Shown: positions 32,527 to 42,544 of the stretch, piece by piece
Layout of the letters: the number at the start of each line of letters is the position of its first letter
Numbering within the stretch: position 1 is the stretch's first letter
Assembly: GCA_000091205.1 (NCBI GenBank)
Contig: AP006500.2
Source of the DNA: Cyanidioschyzon merolae
Lineage: Eukaryota
Length of the DNA: 64,000 nt
Strand: one strand, 5' to 3'
Made by a program: the position numbers and the translations under genes
The notes under the pieces: generated by a model
Told to the model about the DNA's origin: nothing
Seen by the model: the letters and a program-made list of their open reading frames with translations, nothing else
Database searches by the model: none

Positions 32527-33720
32527 ATGGCAAGTTATGACCCATTTGCTTTGAAAGCAAGCGGTTGTGAGCAGAAAAAACCACCCGCCTGGTTTGAACT
32601 AGGCAAAAGTCTGCTAACGCTCACGTTTGCCGCGGGCGCCGATCAAGAACCCTATAGCCCGGACTCATTTTGGATAAACGCCGGATCCGAAACCTCCAGC
32701 ACACGGGTCAAGCGAAGCAGGCCCGTTGAAGCCGTTTCCACGACTAGCGCTGGCACCTCTGATGACGTTCGGGCGGCTGGACGGAGCGAAACGGATAGGC
32801 AGGTCCCTGTTCAAGAGCCCCGAAACGAGCCGAAAGGTCCCGGCTGCTTCTTCCCGCCGCCAATAGACGACCGAGTTTTGTGTGTTTGCGCTTTTATTGC
32901 TCGGAACTTCACAGGTCCTGATATTGAAATCGAGGCCAAGCTGGGAACAGTTATTGATCTGTCCACCAGAGAACGGGCTGTCCTACCTGGCTGCGCCACT
33001 GCGGCCTGCCTCCAAGCCGAGGTGAACAACGTGCTGCGCTTTGAGTCGAAGGTTTCTTTCGATGCATTCAAGCGACTAAACGAAGTCTTAAACAGGACAG
33101 TGGCATCAGCAGTCCGCCATCGCGGACCATTGGTGCGACATTCGCGTTCACGTCAGACGGATCTGCGCTTCTCGTCAGGCTACAGGGAGACGCGTCCGTG
33201 GAGCCGCAGCGAAGGCGAAGCAGAATCCGGAACGAATGCGACCCAAGGCAACGATAAGACGCCTGCCTCGTTCATGTTCAAGACTCGGTTAGAAACGCTG
33301 CATATTCTCTTCCCAAGTCATCCATATGATGTACGCGTGAACGCTGCCCGCGAACAGCAACTGACTCCTGCCGAAGCGGTGCGACTCGGAGACGCTCGAG
33401 GTGTACTCGAAAGTGAACGACTCAAGGATCGTTTATCCTATCGCTGTGGTGAGCTTTCCATCGATATCACCGTGGTGCACCTTCCCAGAGAGTCGCTCAT
33501 GACGTACGAGGTTGAGGTCGAGCTCATCTTCGACAACCGAGCCGACCAGTGCGCAGAACTTGTACAAGTTTGCACGGACTACCGTCAGCGTCTTGAATCC
33601 GCAGCCCCATTGGCGCCCCCAATGGGTCCTTCACCGCCAGCGTTACTCGTCACCATTGCAGAGACTCTATTCAACACGCTAGTGGCTCTGAATAACGTGC
33701 TGGCAAGCATTACCAACTAG
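32527..33720 (+). CDS. mRNA capping enzyme RNA 5'-triphosphatase, Cet1/TTM (triphosphate tunnel metalloenzyme) type
   Basis: The first ATG is at 32527 (track start 32488 is GTG). The metal-binding glutamate motifs 'PDIEIEAKLG' (motif A, ExExK) and 'TYEVEVELI' (motif C, EVELE) are present at the spacing expected for fungal/protozoal/Chlorella-virus triphosphatases. Confidence 0.6.
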   Translation: MASYDPFALKASGCEQKKPPAWFELGKSLLTLTFAAGADQEPYSPDSFWINAGSETSSTRVKRSRPVEAVSTTSAGTSDDVRAAGRSETDRQVPVQEPRNEPKGPGCFFPPPIDDRVLCVCAFIARNFTGPDIEIEAKLGTVIDLSTRERAVLPGCATAACLQAEVNNVLRFESKVSFDAFKRLNEVLNRTVASAVRHRGPLVRHSRSRQTDLRFSSGYRETRPWSRSEGEAESGTNATQGNDKTPASFMFKTRLETLHILFPSHPYDVRVNAAREQQLTPAEAVRLGDARGVLESERLKDRLSYRCGELSIDITVVHLPRESLMTYEVEVELIFDNRADQCAELVQVCTDYRQRLESAAPLAPPMGPSPPALLVTIAETLFNTLVALNNVLASITN

Positions 33721-33795
33721 TCTCCGTGGACGCTCCTGTAACCAAACCCGAACCCTGTGTCAGACGCGTCGGCACAGCGTCCTCTGGGCCGTCGC

Positions 33796-34431
33796 TCAGA
33801 CGACAAGACGGTATGTAACGTAGCGCCCTGCAGTCTCAGAGTTGCGGGTAATCTTAAGCACTTGCCCTCGTGTCACACCAAAGTAACGCGCGACGGGATC
33901 GCTCTGTAGGATGCGCGGCAGCTGCGTGTCCTTGAGCTGGTACCGTTTAAGGAGGGTCTTCTTCTGCTCCGCCGTCAGAACTTCGTGCTTAGGAACCAGC
34001 TGGTGTCGAGTGATATTCACTAAAAGCTCAGCTTCTTGGAAAAGCTCCAGATGAAAGCGCGGTTGGAGCTCTGCCACCGCCTGTTTCGCAATAGGAGTCA
34101 AGCCCGTCTGCACGACGATGATCGCACGAAGTACGTTCTCTGTCTCCAAGCGAAGGCAGTACTCTCGGATGGGCTTCACACCCACCTTCTCCTCTTTGGG
34201 GAAAAAGACGTATATTTGGTTAGAGCGATCGTTGCGATGCTGCCGCAACATGGTAAGAGACTCTCGCGCACGCCCCGCTGCGTCGAACTTGTGTGCGAAC
34301 TCTTCCAACGGCAGTTCCAAGTCAGTTTTCGTCGGTAAAACGAGGTAACCACGGTCTCGTAGCATTTCTAGAATCGTCCGACGAATCCTATGTAAACGAC
34401 GCGTCTCGTCGGCCTGGATGTCGGTGGCCAT
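33796..34431 (-). CDS. RPB5: DNA-directed RNA polymerases I/II/III subunit RPABC1 (RPB5)
   Basis: The ATG at 34429-34431 was verified. '[23 protein letters not shown]' matches the RPB5 N-terminus. The C-terminal '[69 protein letters not shown]' is the conserved RPB5 assembly domain. Confidence 0.9.
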   Translation of the reverse strand: [211 protein letters not shown]

Positions 34432-35815
34432 TGCGACGAACGCACCGCTGCCAAAACAAGTGCAACGATTACGGCGACAACAGTGTTCACGGTGGTCTCG
34501 CGTAGGCCTTTGCGTCGGCTTTAGCTCGGAGCGATATGTTCGGCAGCGAAAACCACAACACCGTCAACGTTAGCGTCTGTGTAGCGAACGCTTCGCAGTA
34601 GCGCTCCCTCGGAACGCGAACACAGTACAATGCTCATCCAGGCTGATATGCGGTCGCGAACGCCCCCGCGATAGCGCTGCCCAGGAGCAAGGAGCCTTTG
34701 ACGGAACGCCTGCTTGACAAACTGCAGAGCTTCGACTGGTGTCACTTACTAAACGCAACCAGTACAAGCCTGATGAAGGTATGCACGCACCCTGCAGTGG
34801 CTGCAGCTTAAGAGAGTCTTGCTCGTGTTTGCGGACGCTCCGGGCAAAGTAGGCCAGGAAGCAGTGCAGCTATCTGGTGACTACGCTGCAGGCCGATGGA
34901 AACGACCTTTTGGAACACGTAGGTGTTGAAGTCCCTGTCTGGCGCTGTTTCATAACCTGAAAGAGGCAGCCAAGCAGCTCAGGGCCATGTTTGACGTTTT
35001 TCGTGGTTTGGACGCTATTTTGGACAAGTTCTTGAGGGCAGTGCGCGGAGCTGCGACACGCTGGTGTTTCCCAAAGTCGCTCGCATACGGGGACAGACAA
35101 TTTGATGCGTCGGTACACTCGTCATGAAGATGCTCGTCGCCTGGACGGGAGTATTTCGGGAAGGATGCGGATAAATCGAGGCCACGTGCCCCGTTTCGCT
35201 TCGGGAGTACCCGCGAGCCACTGGGCAGCAGCAAAGTACCCGACGCTTACGTAGCGTCGATCGCACGTCCCGCGAGTCGCACTGCTGCAGTAGTGCCGAT
35301 GCGGCAACCAGCAACCTGCAACACTGTGTACTACGGATAGCCGCTCGCTGACGGTGCCTCAGCGATGGACCTGGAAACAGCGGAACGCCGGTCGTGTGCT
35401 GTGGTCTGCCTACTTCACTCGAATGCATTGGGGAGCTGTCGGAGAGCAGGGAAATCGCGGTGTCCGCGAGCAGTGTGCCGCGTTCCATGTAACGATTTCA
35501 CTCGTATGTACACTCGTGAGCGCGTCGACGTTGGGCAATATGCTTCGAATCTGGGCCACGGAAAACAAGAAGCTGGAAAGGTTTCGAAGCAGATCACTTC
35601 GCAACCACGAACTGTCTCTTGTCTGAAACTTGGATGCTTTACGTATTTACGGATCCGCCGAAGCGTTTCCGCAGCTCTTCTGAGTTGCACAGATACGAAA
35701 ACCGTTCCATCAAATCCGCCTAGACAAAGCGCACACTATCTAGTCGCCATATAAAAGTGATACCGAATCCGAAGGATGCTTGTGCAATCACCGTCTCTCA
35801 TTCGTCCGGACCAGC

Positions 35816-37117
35816 TCAATGCCGAGATTTGTATTCCTGGTTGAGATCGTCGACTCCAAACTCAAAAGCAACCTCTGCCTCGGCTTCCGCCAAATCCGCT
35901 GGTGTCATCATCTCGTCTATCATGACGTCAGCCTTTTTCTCCCAACGCAGCGCCCAGCAACGTATTAGCTGCACAAGGAGCCAAGCCAGCAGAACAGATG
36001 CTGTCAACGTAGCGATCACAAACAGTACGATCCCGTAGAGAGGCCACCCGTTGGATTCTCCGAGATCGCATCCATCGTTCGTGCACAACAGCATCTGAAG
36101 CGTCCGGTTCCCGAGCGAATGTATCGCAATACCGGGAGCCAGTGTTGGATAAAGGAGCGCGTCCGCAGGATCCGCTGTTTCCACGAAGAATGCACTGTCG
36201 TTCGCCGCGCAAACAGGCGAACAGGTACGCTTCAGAGAGTAATGATCCGAAACGGATGGCCTCAGAAAATAAATAGACTGTTCCGGCGTGTATTTGCTGG
36301 GGGCATAGAGACTCGGTAACTCGCTCAAAACTGATGTCGATGCAAAGTATAGCTCATCGGAGGTGACGAAACGCGGGACCAAGTCCTGGTGGTGCACAAA
36401 CGCACCCAATGATACCAGCGGCAGGAAGCCGTCATGGCCACGCTCAGGAGATCCGTACAAGAAAATATCAAAGAAGGTCGATGCTTCGTCGTTATTGTCG
36501 TCGACGAGAAAAGCAGGCTGGTTGACGGCGTTCGCACGAATGAGACCTGTGAAGCCCAGCACTATCGCCGCCGCTCGTAGAACAACCGTCGGAAGATCGT
36601 ATTCATCTGGCGGTGGTTTGCCGTCTGTTCCCAGATAGAACCGATTCGCAGAGCGCAGGTACACCCAGCACTGAAGCGAGTCCGAGTTCACTGGCTTGAA
36701 CAGGTACTCCTGCACCGCTTGGGTTGAGGCAAGCTGGTAAGAGCCGCTCGCATAGAACGGTCGAACACCTGCTTGCGTCGATACGAACGACTGGGTCACA
36801 TAAAATAGCTCGGTCTCGCGCGTTGCTTGATCCTTCAGAAATTGAGTTGACTCGTTGATGAAGGAGAAGTTACATGTTACCGTCTGTGCTCGCAGACCTG
36901 GATATTGCTGTGGCCAAATTTGCAGCGAATAGTTTATCGCGTCGTACCGTTGCTTTAGCACCGTCTGATTGGTGACGCCATCTTCGGAGTACACTGAAAA
37001 CTCCCAGAAAGGTCGACTAAGTCCAAGTGCAGTCCACCGCTGGAAGACCAGCAGCGAAACGAGGCCGAGCCGCAGTAGCCAGCGCCAGGAAGCTGCTGAG
37101 CCTGTGGTTGCTGCCAT
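35816..37117 (-). CDS. Hypothetical type I membrane glycoprotein. It has a signal peptide, a large lumenal domain with many NxS/T sequons, a single C-terminal TM helix and an acidic cytosolic tail.
   Basis: The ATG at 37117 gives 'MAATTGSAASWRWLLRLGLVSLLVF' (signal-like). The upstream in-frame part of the track ORF crosses a (CA)n microsatellite ('VRVCVCRC') and the repeat-B boundary, so I excluded it. The C-terminal 'LYGIVLFVIATLTASVLLAWLLV' is a TM helix. Confidence 0.45.
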   Translation of the reverse strand: MAATTGSAASWRWLLRLGLVSLLVFQRWTALGLSRPFWEFSVYSEDGVTNQTVLKQRYDAINYSLQIWPQQYPGLRAQTVTCNFSFINESTQFLKDQATRETELFYVTQSFVSTQAGVRPFYASGSYQLASTQAVQEYLFKPVNSDSLQCWVYLRSANRFYLGTDGKPPPDEYDLPTVVLRAAAIVLGFTGLIRANAVNQPAFLVDDNNDEASTFFDIFLYGSPERGHDGFLPLVSLGAFVHHQDLVPRFVTSDELYFASTSVLSELPSLYAPSKYTPEQSIYFLRPSVSDHYSLKRTCSPVCAANDSAFFVETADPADALLYPTLAPGIAIHSLGNRTLQMLLCTNDGCDLGESNGWPLYGIVLFVIATLTASVLLAWLLVQLIRCWALRWEKKADVMIDEMMTPADLAEAEAEVAFEFGVDDLNQEYKSRH

Positions 37118-37320
37118 GATGGAGCCAGCAGACTGCGGCCTCGTACAAGCTTGTTCTGACGAGTGATCTTCGTCGACAGCGAGTGTGGGTTGTTCTTGTA
37201 CACGAGGACGTAGCAAAGGAGTGCCTGAAATAGCCGGCAAACACCTACACACACACACACGAACGCAGGTAGCACGGTCCAACACAACAGCTCGCCGACG
37301 AGATTTTCGCGATGCCAGTA

Positions 37321-38695
37321 CACCCACGTCAGAAAAGAGTGCATCGTGTACACATTGCGTACTCGGGCGCGCCTACTAACGTCTGAGCCTCTTTTTGAAC
37401 TGATGCAACTGCCTGCCACTGTGCGCTTTTTCTGGGACTGCTTCCTTTTCCGCTCTCTCATCTCAGGCTTTAAAATGACGCCGGTCAATCCTGCCTACCC
37501 AGTTCCGTTGTCAACGGGCGACGGACGTTGATGGCAGCGTTAGCGTCCCGATGTCGACACGTCTGGCCGTTGCAGACGCTGTTCGTTCATGGGCAGAAGT
37601 TGCGATCCACGCTTCAGGTGTTCTCTCTGTCTAGTTTGGACGCGGGCGCTGGACGCCGTTCCGCGCGTTGACCCTTGACAGTGGTCAGGTGTTCCGAGAC
37701 ACCCACTACACCTCGCAGCGTTAACCTGTGGCGGGTGGACGCTTGCTTCACCGCTCGGTGCCTGGCCTTGACGGGTACAGAAGGCGCCAGTGGGTGCTCT
37801 CGTACGTTTCCACACCTGGCGCTATGCCTCGCGATCACCTGCTTCGCCTGGGCGACTCCCTAGGCGGGAGCGCTGTCTGCTGCACACGCAGGCGCACTGT
37901 GTCGCACTCCATGGAGGATTTGTGGAACGCGATATTGTCCACGATGAGAAGAGCACCGGGAGCTCCATCCAGGGCGCCGAGCGAGCTGAGCGATGTCCAT
38001 CGGTGAACGCTGACGCCGTGTAAAGCGCTGGTACGCGCTCCACCGGAGACGGTCGCTGCGATGACCTCTGGCCGAGGTCAGGACATTTTTCCGTGCAACC
38101 GGAAAAGACTGGAGCTTTCGGGAATACATGCCCTGAAGGGTCTCGTGCTCGCGTCGAATGCCATGTCTTTGGCGGTTCCAAATAGAGGCTGATTTGGCTT
38201 TCGAACGGAATCGATTGTATGATGACCAGAGGTCAGTGATTTTCTGACCCGAGCCCGTGAGCGAGCCGTCAAGCGACGTCATCGTGTTAGCCTTGTCTGT
38301 GTAGACGATGTTGCCCGTTGCTGAGCGCCGACTCTGCTACGAAACAGAGTGCTCGAGAACGCGAAGAATGCGCGATTGAGGCATCCGCTAGACGCTGGGA
38401 AGGGAGAAGCGTGGATGCTCATCCGAATGACAGGGAAATTGAAGTGTAATACTCTGCGAAGCCTTATTCGATAGCAACGCGAATCATGTTGATTCCGGTG
38501 ACGGACCCGCTTCCGTCTGGGAAGCGTTGTGGTGTTCATTCCGAAAGGACAACCGCAAATCGTAAAACTGTTTACGAATCCATACATCCTTATTGCTGGA
38601 CTCTGATTATCCAGGCTGCACATCAGAAAAACAGCCTCGGAAGACCCCAATGGCAGAAACTGGGCGAGCAACTCCCTTTTCCTTTCTAGTCTGAC
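37321..38695 (-). repeat. Dispersed repeat copy B, the longest at about 1.38 kb. It is in the same orientation as copy C.
   Basis: Its termini are 'acccacgtcagaaaagagtg...' and '...cccttttcctttctagtctgac'. Compared with copies A and C, the internal ORF translations differ by 0-2 residues. Confidence 0.9.
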
Positions 38696-39931
38696 ACAGG
38701 TGTAGCAGCATGGACAAATTCTCCGATCCAGGAAAGCGCGTTTTCGCCAAGGCACAACCCGCTTTGACACGGCAGGTCTTTCAGGAGCGGGAACGTTCGA
38801 ATGGTAACCGTCTCTCCTCTCTCGCGCTCTGTGGAGAGTGGGGTCTGGATGTGTTCCGCTCAACCGAAAAGGCTCCACTACAATCTCTGTTCGCATTTGC
38901 GCCTCGACAGAATTTACCGGGATTTCATCTCCCAAATTCTTTATCATGGCTTAAGATCGATGTATCTGACATGTATCGCTTGGATGCGCGACTACCGCCA
39001 GTGCCCAATGGAAGAGAATTGCGTTGTTCCACACCAGCAGCGGTTCACGCGTCGCTCCCCGCGGGAAACGAGTGGCGAGCGCAATGACCAGAGCCTGAGG
39101 AGACAGGAGGCTGGAGCTCGCCGCACAGGCAGGTATCGGATATTTCGCTGCGTCGAACGATCCTCGATGAATCGTTTTCCGTGTGCAAAGCGCAAGGGTT
39201 TCTCGGGCGAGTCGGCGCACTGGTGCCGTCCTCAACTCGGCCAGAAAGCGCGCCACTGCCCTGGCATGCACAGCGGAACCAGCAAGCTCCACATTCGACA
39301 AGGTCCATTCGGCAAGTCCCTGCAGATTATTTCAGATGGACCAATACAGTCCGTAACCAGGAAGTTAACCATCATTCCATTACATATTCTTCGACGTTAT
39401 ATCAGATCACGACTTGTCTTTCCCTCCATCATAGATACTTCATGAATCTATCGCCCGTTCGGGTGCCCAGCCTGTGCCAGTCACTTGCTGTGTCGCTGGA
39501 TGCGCCGTCGCCGGGTGCGACGCATGCAGACAGGACACCAACGCGACGCTTTCCTAGCAGTTGGTTCGGAGAGGTCCGACTCTGTGCCGCCGTGCGAAGC
39601 ATTCGCTTCGGGTCTGCAACCCCAAACTTGAACACGACTCTGGGTCCAGCGGGTGTTTCAGAGGACGCTGTCGGTTTATGCCTCGCGCTTCCCTGGTTGC
39701 CGATGGGCATCGCGCAGCCGGGCGAATGCCGCTTCGATGCACTTCCGGGTACACCGCCCCGTACATGCAGTAATCGAAATCGCGCGCGCACAGATGCATG
39801 CGTTTCCCGCCAGAAAGACGCTGCCGTAGGCGGCAATCGCACGGCAGCACGCGCGATCCCCATCCGCTTGTATCCCGAGCGCTTTGAGCGTTCTCTTGGA
39901 CTGTGTTCCTCACTGCGAACGTGTCTCCGGA

Positions 39932-42424
39932 ATGGCCACTGAACTAGCATACCGACTGCCATTTGATAGTCTGAACTTGGGTAGTAACCCTCAGCAAAGC
40001 TTGCGGGCGCTCGGTGGCTCACAACCTTCAGACTCTCGCGGTGGGGCGGGCCGGAGTCGTAGCAGTCCTGCGAACACGTACTCGACGGACGTGGAAGTCC
40101 TCGTCCACTTCTTTCAGACTTTTGTGGATGATCGTGAGGCAAACCCGAGCTTGGGCAGCGACAGTCTGGACAGGGATGCCGACGGGACTCGCCACACGGC
40201 CGCTGGCTCCGAAGCGGCTGAGGAGCCCGCTGCGCTAGGCGAGCGGCAGAACTTGCGAGGCGTCGCGCCAAAGTACCTGCGCCATCTGCAAAAAATTGTC
40301 GACCGCGACTCCAAAATACTTGCTGTTGAGCTGGATGACTTGTTCACGGCTCATGAGGAAACGCTCGCTATGCGCATCCAGCTGAACACCAAGCGGTACA
40401 TTGAAATCTTGTCTCAGGCTGCGGACGCCATTATCGCCACGTTGCGACCGAGTAGGCTGCTGGCTTTGGACACTCTAGACCTATTGATGCAGCAGCGGGA
40501 GCAAAACGAACAGGAGAACCGTCTCGAAGACCAGGAGCTTTTCGGTAATGCCGGTGCTGGTGCTGGTGCAGCAGACGAAGATCCCTACAAGCGCATTCCC
40601 CCGCTTTTGGCGCGGCGCTATCAGGTGCAGCTGGTCCCTGCATCAGAGGACAAACCGTTCCGGATCCGTGATGTGCGAGCTGAGCATGTTGGCCGGCTTG
40701 TGCAAGTCAGTGGCATCGTAACGCGCGTGCTCGATGTGCGCCCACTCGTTCAGGTTGCCATTTATGTCTGCGATGCCTGCGGTACGGAGTATTACCAACC
40801 GATACCGGGACGACAATATATGCCCCTTTTCTTTTGCTCAAAGCAAGAATGCATGCGTTCCGCCACCGGAGGCGGGCGTCTCATTCCCCAGTATCGTGCT
40901 TTCAAATATAGCAAGTTCCAAGAGATTCGCATTCAAGAGCCCGCGCACGATGTTCCCGTTGGTAGCATTCCACGAACGTTAACTGTTCTGTTGCAAGGCG
41001 AACTCTCGAATGCTTGCGCAGCTGGCGACCACATTACGGTGGCCGGTATTTTTTTGCCAACGCTCGTGTCTGGCTTTCGCGCGTTCAAGCAGGGACTCCT
41101 GTCGGACACCTACCTCGAAGCCACTTTCATTCGGCAACAAAAACGGGACTACAAGGATTATCAGCGGGAAATAGCCCGCAATCAGCTCATTCAGGCTCGG
41201 ATTGCTGAACTCGCCAGTACCGCTGGAGTTTATGATCGGCTCGCGCGCTCCATTGCTCCAGAAATCTACGGGCACGAGGATGTCAAAAAAGCGCTCCTTC
41301 TGCAACTGGTAGGCGCACCGACCCGTGAACTTGCTGATGGGATGCGCCTGCGCGGTGATATACACGTATGCCTCATGGGCGATCCCGGTGTCGCCAAGTC
41401 GCAGCTGCTTCGCTACATCTGCAATGTAGCACCGCGAGGCGTCTACACTACGGGCAAGGGCTCGAGTGGTGTGGGCCTCACCGCAGCCGTTCTCCGTGAC
41501 TCCAATACCGGTGATGTGACGTTAGAAGGCGGCGCCCTCGTCATGGCTGACTGCGGCATCGCATGCATCGATGAATTCGACAAAATGGATGAGATTGATC
41601 GCACCTATATCCATGAGGTCATGGAGCAACAGACAGTCTCGATCGCCAAAGCTGGTATTACGACTTCGCTGAATGCACGGGCGGCCGTTCTCGCAGCAGC
41701 GAATCCAGTTCAGGGCCGTTATAATCGACGACGCTCAGCCGCCGAAAATATCAACATGCCAGCAGCACTGCTGTCGCGCTTTGATCTGTTGTTCCTCATG
41801 CTCGATGCACCCGATCAGGACAAGGACCTGGCTCTTGCCCGACATGTGACGTACGTGCACCGGACGGGCGAGGCCCCAGAACTCGGATTCGAACCAGCGT
41901 CACCCGACTTGCTGCGAGCCTACGTTGCGCAGGCTCGACAGTGTGTGCCCGTAGTACCGTCCGAGTTGACGGCCTATGTCGTAGAACACTACGTAGCGCT
42001 ACGCGCTGATGATAAGCAGCGCCGCTGGTTGCCTCGCGGCCACACGACTGCTCGCACGTTGCTGAGCATCCTACGACTTGCACAGGCACTCGCTCGGCTG
42101 CGCTTTTCCAACCTTGTTTCGCGCGAAGATATTGATGAAGCTGTGCGACTGCTCAACTGCTCCAAGGCCTCTCTGGACGATCCGAGCGAGGCAGGTGGCC
42201 ATCGGAACTTGCACGAGCTGGACGCGACAACGCGGATCTATCTACTCATCCGCGACCATGCTGCTGACCGGGGCGAGCGCTCGGTGCCCATTGCGGACAT
42301 CCTCGAGCAGGCCCTGCAGCAAGGTTTCACTAGCCAACAGTTCTACACCGCGCTGAGTGAATACGAAGACATCAATATCTGGTCGGTGGACTCGAACCGT
42401 ACCCGCATTACATTCACGGTGTGA
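39932..42424 (+). CDS. MCM7: DNA replication licensing factor MCM7 (AAA+ MCM helicase subunit)
   Basis: The ATG at 39932 gives 'MATELAYR'; the track start at 39884 is TTG. 'IHVCLMGDPGVAKSQLLRYICNVAPRGVYTTGKGSSGVGLTAAVLRDSNTGDVTLEGGALVMADCGIACIDEFDKMDEIDRTYIHEVMEQQTVSIAKAGITTSLNARAAVLAAANPVQGRYN' is nearly collinear with human MCM7 Walker A, Walker B and arginine-finger regions. 'LPAALLSRFDLLFLMLD' is also present. Confidence 0.92.
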   Translation: MATELAYRLPFDSLNLGSNPQQSLRALGGSQPSDSRGGAGRSRSSPANTYSTDVEVLVHFFQTFVDDREANPSLGSDSLDRDADGTRHTAAGSEAAEEPAALGERQNLRGVAPKYLRHLQKIVDRDSKILAVELDDLFTAHEETLAMRIQLNTKRYIEILSQAADAIIATLRPSRLLALDTLDLLMQQREQNEQENRLEDQELFGNAGAGAGAADEDPYKRIPPLLARRYQVQLVPASEDKPFRIRDVRAEHVGRLVQVSGIVTRVLDVRPLVQVAIYVCDACGTEYYQPIPGRQYMPLFFCSKQECMRSATGGGRLIPQYRAFKYSKFQEIRIQEPAHDVPVGSIPRTLTVLLQGELSNACAAGDHITVAGIFLPTLVSGFRAFKQGLLSDTYLEATFIRQQKRDYKDYQREIARNQLIQARIAELASTAGVYDRLARSIAPEIYGHEDVKKALLLQLVGAPTRELADGMRLRGDIHVCLMGDPGVAKSQLLRYICNVAPRGVYTTGKGSSGVGLTAAVLRDSNTGDVTLEGGALVMADCGIACIDEFDKMDEIDRTYIHEVMEQQTVSIAKAGITTSLNARAAVLAAANPVQGRYNRRRSAAENINMPAALLSRFDLLFLMLDAPDQDKDLALARHVTYVHRTGEAPELGFEPASPDLLRAYVAQARQCVPVVPSELTAYVVEHYVALRADDKQRRWLPRGHTTARTLLSILRLAQALARLRFSNLVSREDIDEAVRLLNCSKASLDDPSEAGGHRNLHELDATTRIYLLIRDHAADRGERSVPIADILEQALQQGFTSQQFYTALSEYEDINIWSVDSNRTRITFTV

Positions 42425-42544
42425 ACGTTCGCCTGCCTAGTCAAGACCAATGCCAGAATAATATGGAACGCGTCCCCCATCTCGGGCGTTCACATGAACG
42501 ACTGGATCTGTTTCTAATGTCGTCAGCACCAGGCTTTGCGGCCA

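Noticed and set aside
37118-37327. N-terminal 70 residues of the 503-aa track ORF (MGVLASRKSRRR…VRVCVCRC…)
   Set aside because: The segment crosses a (CA)n microsatellite and the boundary of repeat copy B. A signal-peptide-bearing ATG at 37117 gives a cleaner model.
41876-41890. 'ggattcgaacc' tRNA T-arm-like string
   Set aside because: It lies inside the MCM7 coding sequence (encoding ELGFEPAS). The flanks cannot form acceptor or anticodon stems.
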